Below are positions 9,028 through 19,156 of a stretch of DNA of 64,000 nucleotides, in pieces. This stretch comes from an uncultured Alphaproteobacteria bacterium (GTDB taxonomy: Bacteria > Pseudomonadota > Alphaproteobacteria > JAJFIK01): the NCBI GenBank assembly GCA_964561475.1, contig CAZLPU010000019.1, forward strand, positions 1,354-65,353, in the 5' to 3' direction. The position numbers and the translations under genes are program-made. The stretch's first letter is position 1. Each line of letters starts with the position of its first letter. The notes below the pieces were generated by a model. It saw only the letters and a list, made by a program, of their open reading frames with translations. It was not told the origin of the DNA and did no database searches.

Positions 9028-11526
9028 GTGCAGACACGCAAACGGTCAGCCAGCAGTCAGGACAGCCCCGGAAGGCCAGCCGGTCCCTCCGGCAAGGCGG
9101 ATTACTCTTTGCAGGAACGGCCCATCGGACAGGAACGGCCATCGGGTCAGACCCGGCCGGTGCATGACTCCCTGGTCCATGATTCCCTGGCTGACGACTT
9201 CCATCTGGCACCACCCCTCAGCCCCGCCCAGCCTTTCGCGGATTACCAGGGCACGAAAGCCAAGCAGGCCGCTCCAGTTCCCCGGGCACAGGATGACGAT
9301 CTGGGCTTTGCCCGCAGCGCAGGGGGTAAAACCCCGCCAGTGATGCCCGCCCCGCCCCGGACCAACCCCATGGCGGAATGGGCCCGCCGCCTTGAACGGC
9401 CCCACAAGCACAAACAGCGTGCTACCGCGCTGCAGGGCGAGAGTTCTGTTTCCCCACCGACCACGGAGGCAAAAAGGACGGACACGGCGGAAGAACCGGC
9501 CATGGTCCCGCCCCTGGCGCCGCCCGCTCCCGAACCCAAAACCGACACACTGTTCGGCGGGCCAGACGAAGCCTCGGTCTGGACTCTGAAGGCCCCGGTC
9601 AAAGACAGCCCCGTCAGCCAGTCGCCCGAAACGGGCAAGGCGACACGGACCGAGCCGACCGAGACCGCCGCCGCCCCCAAACCGCAGCAAAAGGCGCAAA
9701 GCCAGGACGGGGCGAAGACACAACCGGGCACCACGCCGTCCCCTGCGGATATTCCCCTGCCGGATCCTTTCACTTTCGCGCGCAATCTGGGTGCGGTGGC
9801 CTACCAGGCCCAGTCCCTTCTGCGTGATGTCCTGGTCCAGCAGCAGGAGCCATCCCGCCGGGCCAATACCGATCCCTTCAATATCAGCGGGCCGTTCACC
9901 GACTTCATGGGCCAGATGATGGGGGACCCGGTAAGACTGGTCCGCTCCCAGATGGATTTGTGGCAGGCCCAGGCCGGTCTGTGGCAGTCCATGTGGTCCA
10001 GGGCCCTGGGGCATCCCACGGAACCGGTGGTGGAACCGGAGCCGGGCGACAAGCGCTGGAAAAATCCGGAATGGTCGGAAAATGCCGTTTTCGACTTCAT
10101 CAAGCAGAGCTATCTGATCACGTCGAAATGGATGGTGGACACGGTGTCCCAGGCGGACGGTTTCGAGCCCCACGCCAAGGACCAGCTCACCTTTTTCACG
10201 AAACAGATCACCGATGCGCTGTCCCCGGCCAATTTCGCCCTCACCAATCCGGAAGTCATCCGGGAGACCATGCGCACGAATGGGGAAAACCTGGTCAAGG
10301 GTTTCTCCAATCTGATGGACGACATGGACCGGGGGAACGGGCTGCCCTGGATCCGGCACACGGATCTCGGCAGTTTCCAGGTGGGCGGCAACATCGCCGC
10401 GACGCCCGGGTCGGTGGTCTATGAAAACGAACTGATGCAGCTCATCCAGTACAATCCGTCAACGGATGAAGTGCACGAACGCCCCCTGCTGATCGTGCCG
10501 CCCTGGATCAACAAGTACTACATTCTTGACCTGCGGGAGGAAAACTCCTTCGTCAAATGGGCGGTGGACCAGGGTCACACCGTGTTCGTGGTATCCTGGG
10601 CCAACCCCGATACGGGCCTGAGCGGATGCACCTTCGAGGATTATCTGCGCCTTGGCGTCCTGGATGCCCTCAACGCGATCACCGAGGCCACCGGCGCCCG
10701 GCAGGTCAATGCCATCGGCTACTGCATCGGGGGCACGCTCCTGTCGGCGGCCCTTGCATGGCTTGCGGCCCGGAACAGGGATCCGATCGCCTCGGCCACC
10801 TTCTTTGCCACCCAGGTCGATTTCTCCGAAGCCGGAGAGCTGAGCGTCTTCATCGATGAAAACCAGATCCGCGCCATTGACGAGCAGGTCAAGACCGAGG
10901 GGGGGTGTCTGGAAGGGGTGCATCTGGCGACCATCTTCAACATGCTGCGGGCCAATGATCTGATCTGGTCGTTCGTGGTGAACAATTATCTCCTGGGCCG
11001 GGATCCGCGCCGGTTCGACCTTCTGTACTGGAACGCGGATCAGACCCGCCTGCCCCGGGCCATGCTCTTGACCTATCTGCGGGACTGTTACCTGGACAAT
11101 CGGCTGGCCAAGGGGGAAATGACCCTTTTGAATGAGCGGATCGATCTGTCGAAGGTCAGGGTGCCGATCTATATTCAGTGCTCGAAGGATGACCACATTG
11201 CCCCAAGCCGCTCGGTGTACAAGGGCCGGTCGGCCTTTGGCGGACCGGTGCGCTTTGTCTGCGCGGGCAGCGGCCACATCGCCGGTGTGATCAATCCGCC
11301 CCAGGCGCAAAAATACCAGTACTGGACCAGTGACGGCGACGCGGCGGATTTTGACACTTGGCTCGAAAACGCCGACTGCACGCCTGGATCCTGGTGGCCG
11401 GACTGGAAAGCCTGGATGAGCAATCACAGCGGTCCCATGGTCCCCGCGCGTATCCCCGGCGAAGGCGTGCTCGACGTGATCGAACCGGCGCCGGGCTCCT
11501 ACGTCCGGGTGCGCAGCGCCTGGTGA
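9028..11526 (+). CDS. phaC: class I poly(3-hydroxyalkanoate) synthase PhaC with ~250-aa Pro-rich N-terminal extension
   Basis: Canonical PhaC core from about aa 250 (FARNLGAVAYQAQSLL...). Lipase box GYCIGG, the D and H of the catalytic triad region, and C-terminal motifs are present. Start codon is uncertain (first start after the upstream stop was used). Confidence 0.85.
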   Translation: MQTRKRSASSQDSPGRPAGPSGKADYSLQERPIGQERPSGQTRPVHDSLVHDSLADDFHLAPPLSPAQPFADYQGTKAKQAAPVPRAQDDDLGFARSAGGKTPPVMPAPPRTNPMAEWARRLERPHKHKQRATALQGESSVSPPTTEAKRTDTAEEPAMVPPLAPPAPEPKTDTLFGGPDEASVWTLKAPVKDSPVSQSPETGKATRTEPTETAAAPKPQQKAQSQDGAKTQPGTTPSPADIPLPDPFTFARNLGAVAYQAQSLLRDVLVQQQEPSRRANTDPFNISGPFTDFMGQMMGDPVRLVRSQMDLWQAQAGLWQSMWSRALGHPTEPVVEPEPGDKRWKNPEWSENAVFDFIKQSYLITSKWMVDTVSQADGFEPHAKDQLTFFTKQITDALSPANFALTNPEVIRETMRTNGENLVKGFSNLMDDMDRGNGLPWIRHTDLGSFQVGGNIAATPGSVVYENELMQLIQYNPSTDEVHERPLLIVPPWINKYYILDLREENSFVKWAVDQGHTVFVVSWANPDTGLSGCTFEDYLRLGVLDALNAITEATGARQVNAIGYCIGGTLLSAALAWLAARNRDPIASATFFATQVDFSEAGELSVFIDENQIRAIDEQVKTEGGCLEGVHLATIFNMLRANDLIWSFVVNNYLLGRDPRRFDLLYWNADQTRLPRAMLLTYLRDCYLDNRLAKGEMTLLNERIDLSKVRVPIYIQCSKDDHIAPSRSVYKGRSAFGGPVRFVCAGSGHIAGVINPPQAQKYQYWTSDGDAADFDTWLENADCTPGSWWPDWKAWMSNHSGPMVPARIPGEGVLDVIEPAPGSYVRVRSAW

Positions 11527-11559
11527 GGGCCGGCTTGACTTGATCCCTCCGTGGGCGGC

Positions 11560-12435
11560 CTACCAGGCGAGAAAGACAATGAAAACCGCCAGGGCGATGA
11601 CGATCCAGAATGCCAGTTCACGGATCATGAGCCGGCGGCTCAGCGTCTGAAGGGCGCTGGGATCCTCAAGCTGCCATTGGGCCGCCTGCTCCTTCGACAA
11701 GGGGGCATGGCGGTCGCGCCACCGGTTGACCTCATCGGCAAAAGCCTGGGCGGTGTCGTACGATCCGCCGAGAGAGAATGTGCTCAGGGGAATGCAGACA
11801 TCCGCGCCGGGAATGTGGGGAATGTCCTTGCGTCCGTGATGAGCCAGCCGCTCGGAGGCTTCCCGGGCATAGGCCACGGCGAAGCGGCGGGGGAACAGCC
11901 GCAGACGGACTGTCGCCACGCCGAACCGGCCCAGAGATTCCCAGGCCCAGATCCGGCGGCGCATCAGGGTCACCACCGCAAGACCTTCCGGGGCGAGGAT
12001 GATCATGGGCAGCCCGGCGACAATACTGACCACGGGGACGATCAGCGCACCCGCGCACAGGATCAGCGCACCATAAAGGGCCAGCCGCCTGTCCGGGTCA
12101 TCCCCCAGCACAAGCCAGACCAGCAGGGTCAGGATCAAGGCACTGATGATTTTCATCACCTGGCGGCGGACAGGAGCACGGATGATATGCTGATGGGGCG
12201 CGCCGGCCCTTTCGGATCCTGTGCCGGTGATGGTGTCACTGGGCACCAGGGGCGCTGTCGCGGACGGCATTCCCGGCATGGACAGCCCCTCGCCCGCCCA
12301 ATCAGCCTCCCGAACCTGCGAACCTGTCTCCGGAACTTGAGTCCCAAGCGACAGGCGTGGCGCCCGATCGTCCATTGCTCCGCCCTCCCTCTCATGGGCT
12401 CCTGGTCCGGTCTGCCCCGAGGGCACACGACCCAA
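11560..12435 (-). CDS. hypothetical membrane protein
   Basis: Two hydrophobic helices after MKIISALILTLLVWLVL (ATG at 12156), and a C-terminal TM. The upstream 93 codons may or may not be translated. Confidence 0.4.
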   Translation of the reverse strand: MGRVPSGQTGPGAHEREGGAMDDRAPRLSLGTQVPETGSQVREADWAGEGLSMPGMPSATAPLVPSDTITGTGSERAGAPHQHIIRAPVRRQVMKIISALILTLLVWLVLGDDPDRRLALYGALILCAGALIVPVVSIVAGLPMIILAPEGLAVVTLMRRRIWAWESLGRFGVATVRLRLFPRRFAVAYAREASERLAHHGRKDIPHIPGADVCIPLSTFSLGGSYDTAQAFADEVNRWRDRHAPLSKEQAAQWQLEDPSALQTLSRRLMIRELAFWIVIALAVFIVFLAW

Positions 12436-12724
12436 AAGGACAGACTGGCCCGGGGCTGGGCCCCCACCCAGCCGCTCAGTCTATACGAGCCAGCCCGCCT
12501 TCCAAGCCCCGGCATTTTCCATCCCGCCTTTGAGCCTTGCTTTCAGACGTGCCACACTCTCTCGTTATGTCCGGCACACGTTTATGTCAGGCAAGGGGAC
12601 AATAGCGGCCCTCGTCGTCTTGAGCGTGCACCCTGGTTCCGGCAAATCTTAAGCAATGACATAAGCCCCGCGAGGCAGGCGGCCATCTCCCAGCGACAGG
12701 CGTGATGCAGACAGGAGAGACGGA

Positions 12725-14512
12725 ATGAACAAAGCAATTGACCGGGTCACAGCCGAAGGGCGGCGGGACCGGCGGGGTCCACCTTTCGGCACATCCTTGT
12801 CCAGGATGCTTTGCCTGACCCTGTCTCTCGCGATCCTGCCCGTGGTGAGCGGCTGCGCGGTCCAGCAAGGGGACCAGGGCGCGGCCTCCCGGGCCATGGC
12901 ATCATCCGAGAGCACAGAGACGGGCACAGCCGCCGTGGCCATGCCGGACCGGTTCTCCGCTGACGCGGCCCGGGCCATTCTGGAAAAGGGCGGTAACGCG
13001 GTGGACGCGGCCATTGCCGCGTCCTTCGTGCTGGCCGTGACCCTTCCGGAAGCGGGCAATATCGGCGGCGGGGGGTTCATGACCCTGGTCATGGATGGCG
13101 AAGCGGACTTTCTGGACTACCGGGAGACCGCACCGGCGGCCGCCGACCGGGACATGTATCTCGACGAGAACGGTGAGGTGATCGAGGACGCCAGTGAAAT
13201 CGGCGGCCTCGCCTCGGGCATTCCAGGCACTGTGGCGGGCATGGTCGCGGCCCACGAAAAATATGGCAGCCTGCCCTGGCGCGACCTGGTGGAGCCTGCC
13301 ATCGCTCTCGCGCGGGACGGATTTGAGTTGCCGGAGGGCCTTGCAAGCCGGATCGCCCGGAGTACACAGAAATTCGCGGGCAAGACCAATTTCGCGGACT
13401 ACTTTAAAGGTGAGACCGGTGATCTCCTGGTCCAGACGGAGTTGGCCGAAACCCTGGAACGCATTGCCGACAAGGGCAATGCGGGCTTCTATGAAGGGGA
13501 AACGGCCGCCCAGACTGCCGCGACCATGGTCAAGACCGGTGGCCTGATTACGCAAGAAGACATGGCGGGCTATGAAGCCCTCTGGCGCACGCCCCTCACC
13601 GGTCAGTGGCGGGACTATACGGTGGTCAGCGCACCGCCCCCCAGTTCCGGCGGCGTGGCCCTGATGCAGCTTTTGGGCATGAAGGCGGAACTGGCCGCTG
13701 ATTTCGAAGGTCTGGACCATAACAGCCCCCAATACATTCACCTGATCGCCGAGATCGAAAAGCGGGTCTTTGCGGACCGGGCGGAATATCTGGGAGATCC
13801 GGACTTTACCGAAGTCCCAGTCACCGAGCTTGTGTCGCCTGATTACATCAAGCGCCGGGCAGGGGAAGTGAGCCCGGATGCCATCTCCTCCACGCCGGAT
13901 GTGAAGCCGGGTCTGCGGGAAAGTTTCCAGACCACCCATTTCTCCATCCTGGATTATGACGGGAACGGCGCATCGGTGACCACGACCCTCAACACCAGTT
14001 TCGGGTCCGGTGTCGTGGTGGAAGGCGCGGGCTATCTCATGAACAATGAGATGGACGACTTCTCCATGAAGCCGGGTGTACCCAATGTCTATGGTGTGAT
14101 CGGCGGGGAAGCGAATGCCATCGCTCCCGGCAAGCGGATGCTGTCATCCATGACGCCGACCATCCTGATGGAGGATGACGCGGTGGCCATGGTGGTCGGC
14201 ACGCCGGGCGGACCCACCATTTTCACCTCCGTGTTCCAGGCCATCGTGAACCATGTGGAGTTCGGCATGACAGCGGCGCAGGCCGTGGGGGCCGGACGGT
14301 TCCACCACCAGCTCCTGCCGCCCAACATGGTGTTCTTTGAACGGCGTATCGAGAATTTCGACGAAACAAGTGCGGCTCTGGAAGCCATGGGCTACAACCT
14401 GCGCAGGATCCCTCAGTATGGGGATGTGCACGCGATCACCATCGTGGACGGCGTGGTCGATGCTGCGGCGGACCCGAGAGGCAGAGGCGCCTCCATGGTG
14501 TTCGAGCGGTAG
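12725..14512 (+). CDS. ggt: gamma-glutamyltransferase
   Basis: 595 aa with signal/lipobox-like N-terminus. Conserved GGT autoprocessing region TTHFSILDYDGNGASVTTTLN and small-subunit motifs (GGPTIF, MDDFS). Confidence 0.9.
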   Translation: MNKAIDRVTAEGRRDRRGPPFGTSLSRMLCLTLSLAILPVVSGCAVQQGDQGAASRAMASSESTETGTAAVAMPDRFSADAARAILEKGGNAVDAAIAASFVLAVTLPEAGNIGGGGFMTLVMDGEADFLDYRETAPAAADRDMYLDENGEVIEDASEIGGLASGIPGTVAGMVAAHEKYGSLPWRDLVEPAIALARDGFELPEGLASRIARSTQKFAGKTNFADYFKGETGDLLVQTELAETLERIADKGNAGFYEGETAAQTAATMVKTGGLITQEDMAGYEALWRTPLTGQWRDYTVVSAPPPSSGGVALMQLLGMKAELAADFEGLDHNSPQYIHLIAEIEKRVFADRAEYLGDPDFTEVPVTELVSPDYIKRRAGEVSPDAISSTPDVKPGLRESFQTTHFSILDYDGNGASVTTTLNTSFGSGVVVEGAGYLMNNEMDDFSMKPGVPNVYGVIGGEANAIAPGKRMLSSMTPTILMEDDAVAMVVGTPGGPTIFTSVFQAIVNHVEFGMTAAQAVGAGRFHHQLLPPNMVFFERRIENFDETSAALEAMGYNLRRIPQYGDVHAITIVDGVVDAAADPRGRGASMVFER

Positions 14513-14863
14513 GTTCCGCCGCCAGATTCGGTCTTCCGTGCCGGGAAGAAGCGCGACGGGCCCATTTGGGACCTCCCGGAACAGGCATAGAACGTGGCAT
14601 CGGTGCCCTGGAACCGTTTCGGCTCGAACAGGTTCGGCTCTTGTTTGGTGTCGCCCAACCCGCTGCAGGGTCAGCGGTGCTGCGTACCGAAACTACAAGA
14701 CACAAGAGCCGATCCCGTGTGAACGGAACCGGCTCTATAGGAGCTTTTGACGCTCGTGGTTCCGCCCGGACGGATGAAGCGGGCGCAGGTCGACATCCGT
14801 CTGGGCCGCTGGGTAAACAAAAACTGAGCCAGGGCAGCCAAAGTCGGCCTGTAGGCGATTGTT

Positions 14864-15343
14864 TTACTGGGCAGCCAACGCGCGCAGTTCACCACGGCGC
14901 AGAACGCTATCGCCATTCACGTCCGCTCTCATGAACTGTTCCCGCAAGCGTGCTGCATATTCATCGACAATGACAACACCATCACTGTTGACGTCCAAAT
15001 GGGCAAACCGCAGGGCGGCAAGATCCGAGACGCTCTGTCGGGCCAGACCATTCTTCGCGCTGTCTCCCATCACACCCGAGACGCCCCGCCATTCGCCCCG
15101 GCGCAGGACACCATCACCGTCCTTGTCTGCCTGATCGAAAAGGCCGAGCCAAAGAGTGGCAAATTCCTCACCGATCACGGCACCGTCGCTGTTTGTGTCG
15201 TACTTGCTGAAGGTGTTCCCCACCCACTGCGCATGCTCCTCGATGGTCAAGCCGTCCTGGGCCAGGGCCCAAAGGGTGTTGGCATGGGCGGTGGTAAAGC
15301 TAAGAATGGCAAAGGCAATACCTGCCAGAGCGGTTCGGGACAT
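14864..15343 (-). CDS. secreted EF-hand calcium-binding protein (4 EF-hand loops)
   Basis: Signal peptide, then four DxDxDG-type loops (DTNSDGAVIGEEF, DKDGDGVLRRGEW, DVNSDGVVIVDEY, DVNGDSVLRRGEL). Confidence 0.8.
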   Translation of the reverse strand: MSRTALAGIAFAILSFTTAHANTLWALAQDGLTIEEHAQWVGNTFSKYDTNSDGAVIGEEFATLWLGLFDQADKDGDGVLRRGEWRGVSGVMGDSAKNGLARQSVSDLAALRFAHLDVNSDGVVIVDEYAARLREQFMRADVNGDSVLRRGELRALAAQ

Positions 15344-15465
15344 GGCGATAGCTCCTTATGCTTACGATGTGTGGCAGGCTGGCCCACGCCTGGTGGTTCA
15401 GTCTCTGGGATCCAGCATGGGGTCGGCCTGCGCTTTTCAGTCCAAGTCGGGATAGCGGTTCGGAT

Positions 15466-16179
15466 TTATTGAGGTTTTGCGGTGATCGTGAAGGGCACAC
15501 CGCTTGCGGTTTGCAGGGTGATGTCCACGGATCCGTCCGGATTGGTCTTGGTGACGCTGGCGCTGCCGAAAGTGCGTCCCCCGGGTCCGGTACAGGTGAG
15601 GCCGCCGGAACGGCCACCATTCCCATACTGAGCACCCCGGTTGCAGCTGTAGCTGCCGCCTAGAAAGGTGGTGCCGGAAATGGAGGACTGGACGCCATTG
15701 CCGCTGGCCTTACGCTCAACCTGGTGTCTACCGCCAAGGAAGGTACGACGCTCTGCCTTGGTTGCCACGCCGTCAGAGCCCGCTTCGCGGGTGTATGCTC
15801 CCTCACCGCCGAGGAAATTGCGCCTCGCCCCCTGGGACTGAACGCCGTCAGGACCGGTCACCCGCTGGCCGACGGCCTCGCCGCCAAGAAAAGTGCGCCG
15901 CTGTCCCTGGGTCGCCCGGCCGCCATCGCCGGTCGCCTCACTGGACCATGCACCGGAACCGCCAAGGGTGTTGCGATAAGCACCGCCTTGCGCCGCGGGC
16001 CGTGACCCAAGCCCGGTCACACCCCAGGACCGTCCCATGGGCCCCGTTATGGTGCGTGACGGCTCAGTCTGTTGAGTGGTCTCTTTACCGTCTTTATCAT
16101 CCGCAAGGGACGGAGCAGTGGCAGCCAATGTCAGCACCAGGGCGGAAAGGCCGATCAGATTCACTTTGAGCATGTTCAA
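15466..16179 (-). CDS. secreted Gly-rich repeat protein (five ~24-aa RRTFLGG-type repeats)
   Basis: Signal peptide MNMLKVNLIGLSALVLTLAATAPSLA. Repeats RNTLGG / RRTFLGG / RRNFLGG / RRTFLGG / TTFLGG. No family recognised. Confidence 0.55.
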   Translation of the reverse strand: MNMLKVNLIGLSALVLTLAATAPSLADDKDGKETTQQTEPSRTITGPMGRSWGVTGLGSRPAAQGGAYRNTLGGSGAWSSEATGDGGRATQGQRRTFLGGEAVGQRVTGPDGVQSQGARRNFLGGEGAYTREAGSDGVATKAERRTFLGGRHQVERKASGNGVQSSISGTTFLGGSYSCNRGAQYGNGGRSGGLTCTGPGGRTFGSASVTKTNPDGSVDITLQTASGVPFTITAKPQ

Positions 16180-16313
16180 CTCCTTGGCTACAGCACGGAG
16201 GTTACTGTGGTTGGTCGGTCCGAAGATTTGCGGCCCAGGCGGATCGTTTCCGCCCCGGCAGGTTCTGGTTTACGTCTTCAGGGACCCAGGAACCAGGAAC
16301 AGTCCGTCTCTCT

Positions 16314-16333
16314 TTGTATCCAGTTGTATCCAG
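16314..16333. repeat. tandem 10-bp direct repeat TTGTATCCAG x2 in divergent promoter region
   Basis: Read directly. Lies about 100 bp upstream of the OmpR-family regulator gene and divergent from the secreted-repeat-protein gene. Confidence 0.7.
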
Positions 16334-16430
16334 CGCTGCACGAACCGCCGCAAGCGCTATACTGCATTGAACGGACCAGACGACCCTGCGCCTTCATGGT
16401 CCAATCGGGGCCAAGTGAAATGGTTTTAGA

Positions 16431-17174
16431 ATGATTGGGACGATGCCGGATATACCGTCTCCTCCTGTGCAGATCCTGGTGGTTGATGACGACCCGGAGT
16501 TGCGCAATCTCATTTCTCATCAGCTTGCTGAGTACGGGTTTACTGTGGAGACCGCAGGGAGCGCCGCGGAGGGCCACCAACGTATCATTGAAGGCGGACT
16601 CGATCTCATTCTGCTGGATCTGGGGCTTGGAGATGGTGACGGCATGGACCTGTGCCGGGATCTGCGCCGCGAACGCACTGAACCGATCATTATGCTGACG
16701 GCGAGGGATGATCCCATAGACCGGATCATGGGGATTGAGGTGGGAGCGGACGACTACATTACCAAGCCCTTTCATACCCGTGAACTTGTGGCCCGGATCA
16801 GGGCAGTGTTACGCAGAACCGGAACAAGCGGTTCAGCGGTGTCCGGCCGCACTGTCACGGCCTACCGCTTCGCTGGATGGCATCTCGATCTGATACGCCG
16901 GGAACTGCGCCGGCCCTGCGGTACCTTGATCCATCTCAGTGATGCGGAGTTTGAGTTTCTGGCGGTTCTTGCGGCCCGAGCCGGACGGGTGGTAACCCGG
17001 GACGAGGCCTACCAGGCGCTTCATGGTCGTCTTCCGGATCCGGAGGACCGCAGCCTGGACCTGAGATTGAGCCGACTGCGGCGCAAGGTTGAAGATGATC
17101 CCAAGCAACCGGCCTTGATCAAGACCGTTCGCGGCGGTGGCTATCTTCTGACTGAACAGGTGGAAACCCTATGA
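16431..17174 (+). CDS. OmpR-family response regulator
   Basis: REC domain (ILVVDDDPELRN...ILLDLGLGDGDGMDLCRDLR) plus winged-helix Trans_reg_C (LIKTVRGGGYLL). Overlaps the downstream kinase gene by 4 bp. Confidence 0.9.
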   Translation: MIGTMPDIPSPPVQILVVDDDPELRNLISHQLAEYGFTVETAGSAAEGHQRIIEGGLDLILLDLGLGDGDGMDLCRDLRRERTEPIIMLTARDDPIDRIMGIEVGADDYITKPFHTRELVARIRAVLRRTGTSGSAVSGRTVTAYRFAGWHLDLIRRELRRPCGTLIHLSDAEFEFLAVLAARAGRVVTRDEAYQALHGRLPDPEDRSLDLRLSRLRRKVEDDPKQPALIKTVRGGGYLLTEQVETL

Positions 17175-18556
17175 CTGGCAACCTTCGTCTGCTTCTTGAC
17201 GGTTTGCGTAGCAGCGTGCCGCCAATCACCGCCGGCATCTCACTGGTATGGGTTACGGTTGGCATGGTCACCGTGGTCTACCTTCTACAGCTTCTCATGG
17301 TCTACGCATACAGCGTTCAGCGGTCGGAGGTAGGCATCGGCGTACGCTACACTGTACCCGATCAGGTTGCAGCGATCATCGAAAGCGCCGACAATCTGTC
17401 TGGAACAGACCGGAAAACCCTTCTGCGCGCGGTGAATGGCGTAGGCCTGCATGTGGAGATCATGGACGATTTTCCGCGTCCAGAGGAAGATGGCAGCACA
17501 CGGGGGATCCCTCAGGTCATCCAACGCATGGCTGACTATCTGCCACCGGAGAAAATACACCTGATCAACAGTATGAGGATCTGGCTCTATTACGCCCCCA
17601 ATCAGCCCGCTGTTCTGGACGAGGCGCGCATGGCCCTGCGGCTCAGTGACGGAAAAGTGCTCTATTTTCTTGTATCCGATAATCTGACCGAGCGTTTCGC
17701 AATGGTGTGGAATGTAATGGCGGCTGGTGTCATTGGCCTGATAATCATGGTGGTGATGCTCGTGGCCGTGCGCCGGGTGGTCGCGCCCCTTAAACACATA
17801 GCGCGGGCGGCGGAAAGGCTTGGCCAGGATTTGGCCGCGCCTCCGCTGGAAGAACGGGGCGTCGGCGAACTGCGCACCGTGGCCAACGCTTTCAATACCA
17901 TGCAACATCGCATTCGATCCCTGGTGGATCAGCGCACCCATCTCCTGGCGGGGATCAGTCACGACCTGCGCACAACCCTTGCCCGCCTGCAATTGCGTCT
18001 TGATGATCTGCAGCCCTCTCCCACCAGAGACAAAGCCCTGCGGGAAGCAGACTACATGCTGAGAGTTTTTGATCAGCATATGGATTTTGCACGTTCGTCG
18101 GATCTGCGCGAACCCAAAACACGATTCGACATTGCCCATTTGATCCAGGATATCGCCGATGACGCGCGGGAGGCGGGCAGTGAGGCCGGCTACAGCGGAC
18201 CGGATCGAATGACCATCCAGGGCAGGCCCGATGCTCTGCGCCGGGCACTCACCAACCTGGCGAATAACGCCATCACCTATGGCGAACGAGCCGATCTTGA
18301 ACTTGCTCAGGGTATGGAGGGAACTGTGATCCGGATCATGGACCGTGGTCCGGGGATCTCGCCTGAGAACCGGACAGTCATATTCGAACCCTTCCAACGC
18401 CTTAGCCGGGAAACACCCCCGGCGGGAGCGCCACGAGTTGGGCTTGGCCTCGCCATAGCGCGCGCCATTATTCAGGGGCACGGTGGGACAATCACTGTCG
18501 GGGACCGGGAGGACGGAGGAGCTGTCTTCGAAGTAACCCTCCCGGACCTCTCATAA
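17171..18556 (+). CDS. sensor histidine kinase (two TM, HAMP, HisKA, HATPase)
   Basis: H-box ISHDLRTTLARLQLRLD. G-boxes DRGPGISPE and GLGLAIARAI. Confidence 0.9.
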   Translation: MTGNLRLLLDGLRSSVPPITAGISLVWVTVGMVTVVYLLQLLMVYAYSVQRSEVGIGVRYTVPDQVAAIIESADNLSGTDRKTLLRAVNGVGLHVEIMDDFPRPEEDGSTRGIPQVIQRMADYLPPEKIHLINSMRIWLYYAPNQPAVLDEARMALRLSDGKVLYFLVSDNLTERFAMVWNVMAAGVIGLIIMVVMLVAVRRVVAPLKHIARAAERLGQDLAAPPLEERGVGELRTVANAFNTMQHRIRSLVDQRTHLLAGISHDLRTTLARLQLRLDDLQPSPTRDKALREADYMLRVFDQHMDFARSSDLREPKTRFDIAHLIQDIADDAREAGSEAGYSGPDRMTIQGRPDALRRALTNLANNAITYGERADLELAQGMEGTVIRIMDRGPGISPENRTVIFEPFQRLSRETPPAGAPRVGLGLAIARAIIQGHGGTITVGDREDGGAVFEVTLPDLS

Positions 18557-18574
18557 ACACGCGCTCCATAGCCC

Positions 18575-19006
18575 TCACTTCACCCGGTTCAGGGCCTCAT
18601 CAATGACGACTTCGCCGTCTTCCTTGGTGAAGGGGGCCTTTTGGGGGTCGGGGAGGATATCAAGGACCGCCTCAGATGGGCGGCAGAGTTTCGTGGCGAT
18701 CGGTGTCACGACGATGGGGCGGTTGATCAGGATCGGGTGCTCCAGCATGAGATCGATGAGTTGATCGTCCGTCCAGTCTGGATCGTCAAGGCCCAGATCA
18801 TCATAGGGCGTCCCTTTCCGGCGCAGGAGATCCCGCACGGGGTTGGGCATGGCCATGGCGCGGATCAGATCCACCAGCCGGTCCCGGGACGGAGGGGTTT
18901 TCAGATACTCGATGATCGTGGGCTCCACGCCGCTATTGCGGATCATGGCCAGCACATTGCGGGAAGTGCCGCACTCCGGATTATGATAGATGATGATGTC
19001 CGTCAT
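18575..19006 (-). CDS. arsC: arsenate reductase (glutaredoxin-coupled ArsC family)
   Basis: MTDIIIYHNPECGTSRN...TDDQLIDLMLEHPILINRPIVVTP...LCRPSE is close to the R773 ArsC pattern. Catalytic Cys in HNPECGTSRN. Confidence 0.9.
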   Translation of the reverse strand: MTDIIIYHNPECGTSRNVLAMIRNSGVEPTIIEYLKTPPSRDRLVDLIRAMAMPNPVRDLLRRKGTPYDDLGLDDPDWTDDQLIDLMLEHPILINRPIVVTPIATKLCRPSEAVLDILPDPQKAPFTKEDGEVVIDEALNRVK

Positions 19007-19156
19007 TTCTGCCTCCTCGCTCCGATCCAGGGCCTTTGGGAGTCCCGCTCGATATTGGGGGAACGGGCGACAAGCCCCAATCCATGGACACTGAAGCACA
19101 GGCCGGACGCGGAAAACAGCCCTGGGGGCGTGCCTTGTCTTGAAGGGCGGTGGGAT

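Noticed and set aside
9046-10359. Long antisense ORFs opposite real genes (e.g. 9046..10359, 10459..11427, 12902..13939, 17285..18481, 21446..22636, 31759..33282, 34153..36114, 36329..38143, 55686..56414)
   Set aside because: They overlap, on the opposite strand, genes with strong family signatures. Their products are Arg/Gly/Pro-rich low-complexity sequences typical of GC-rich antisense frames.
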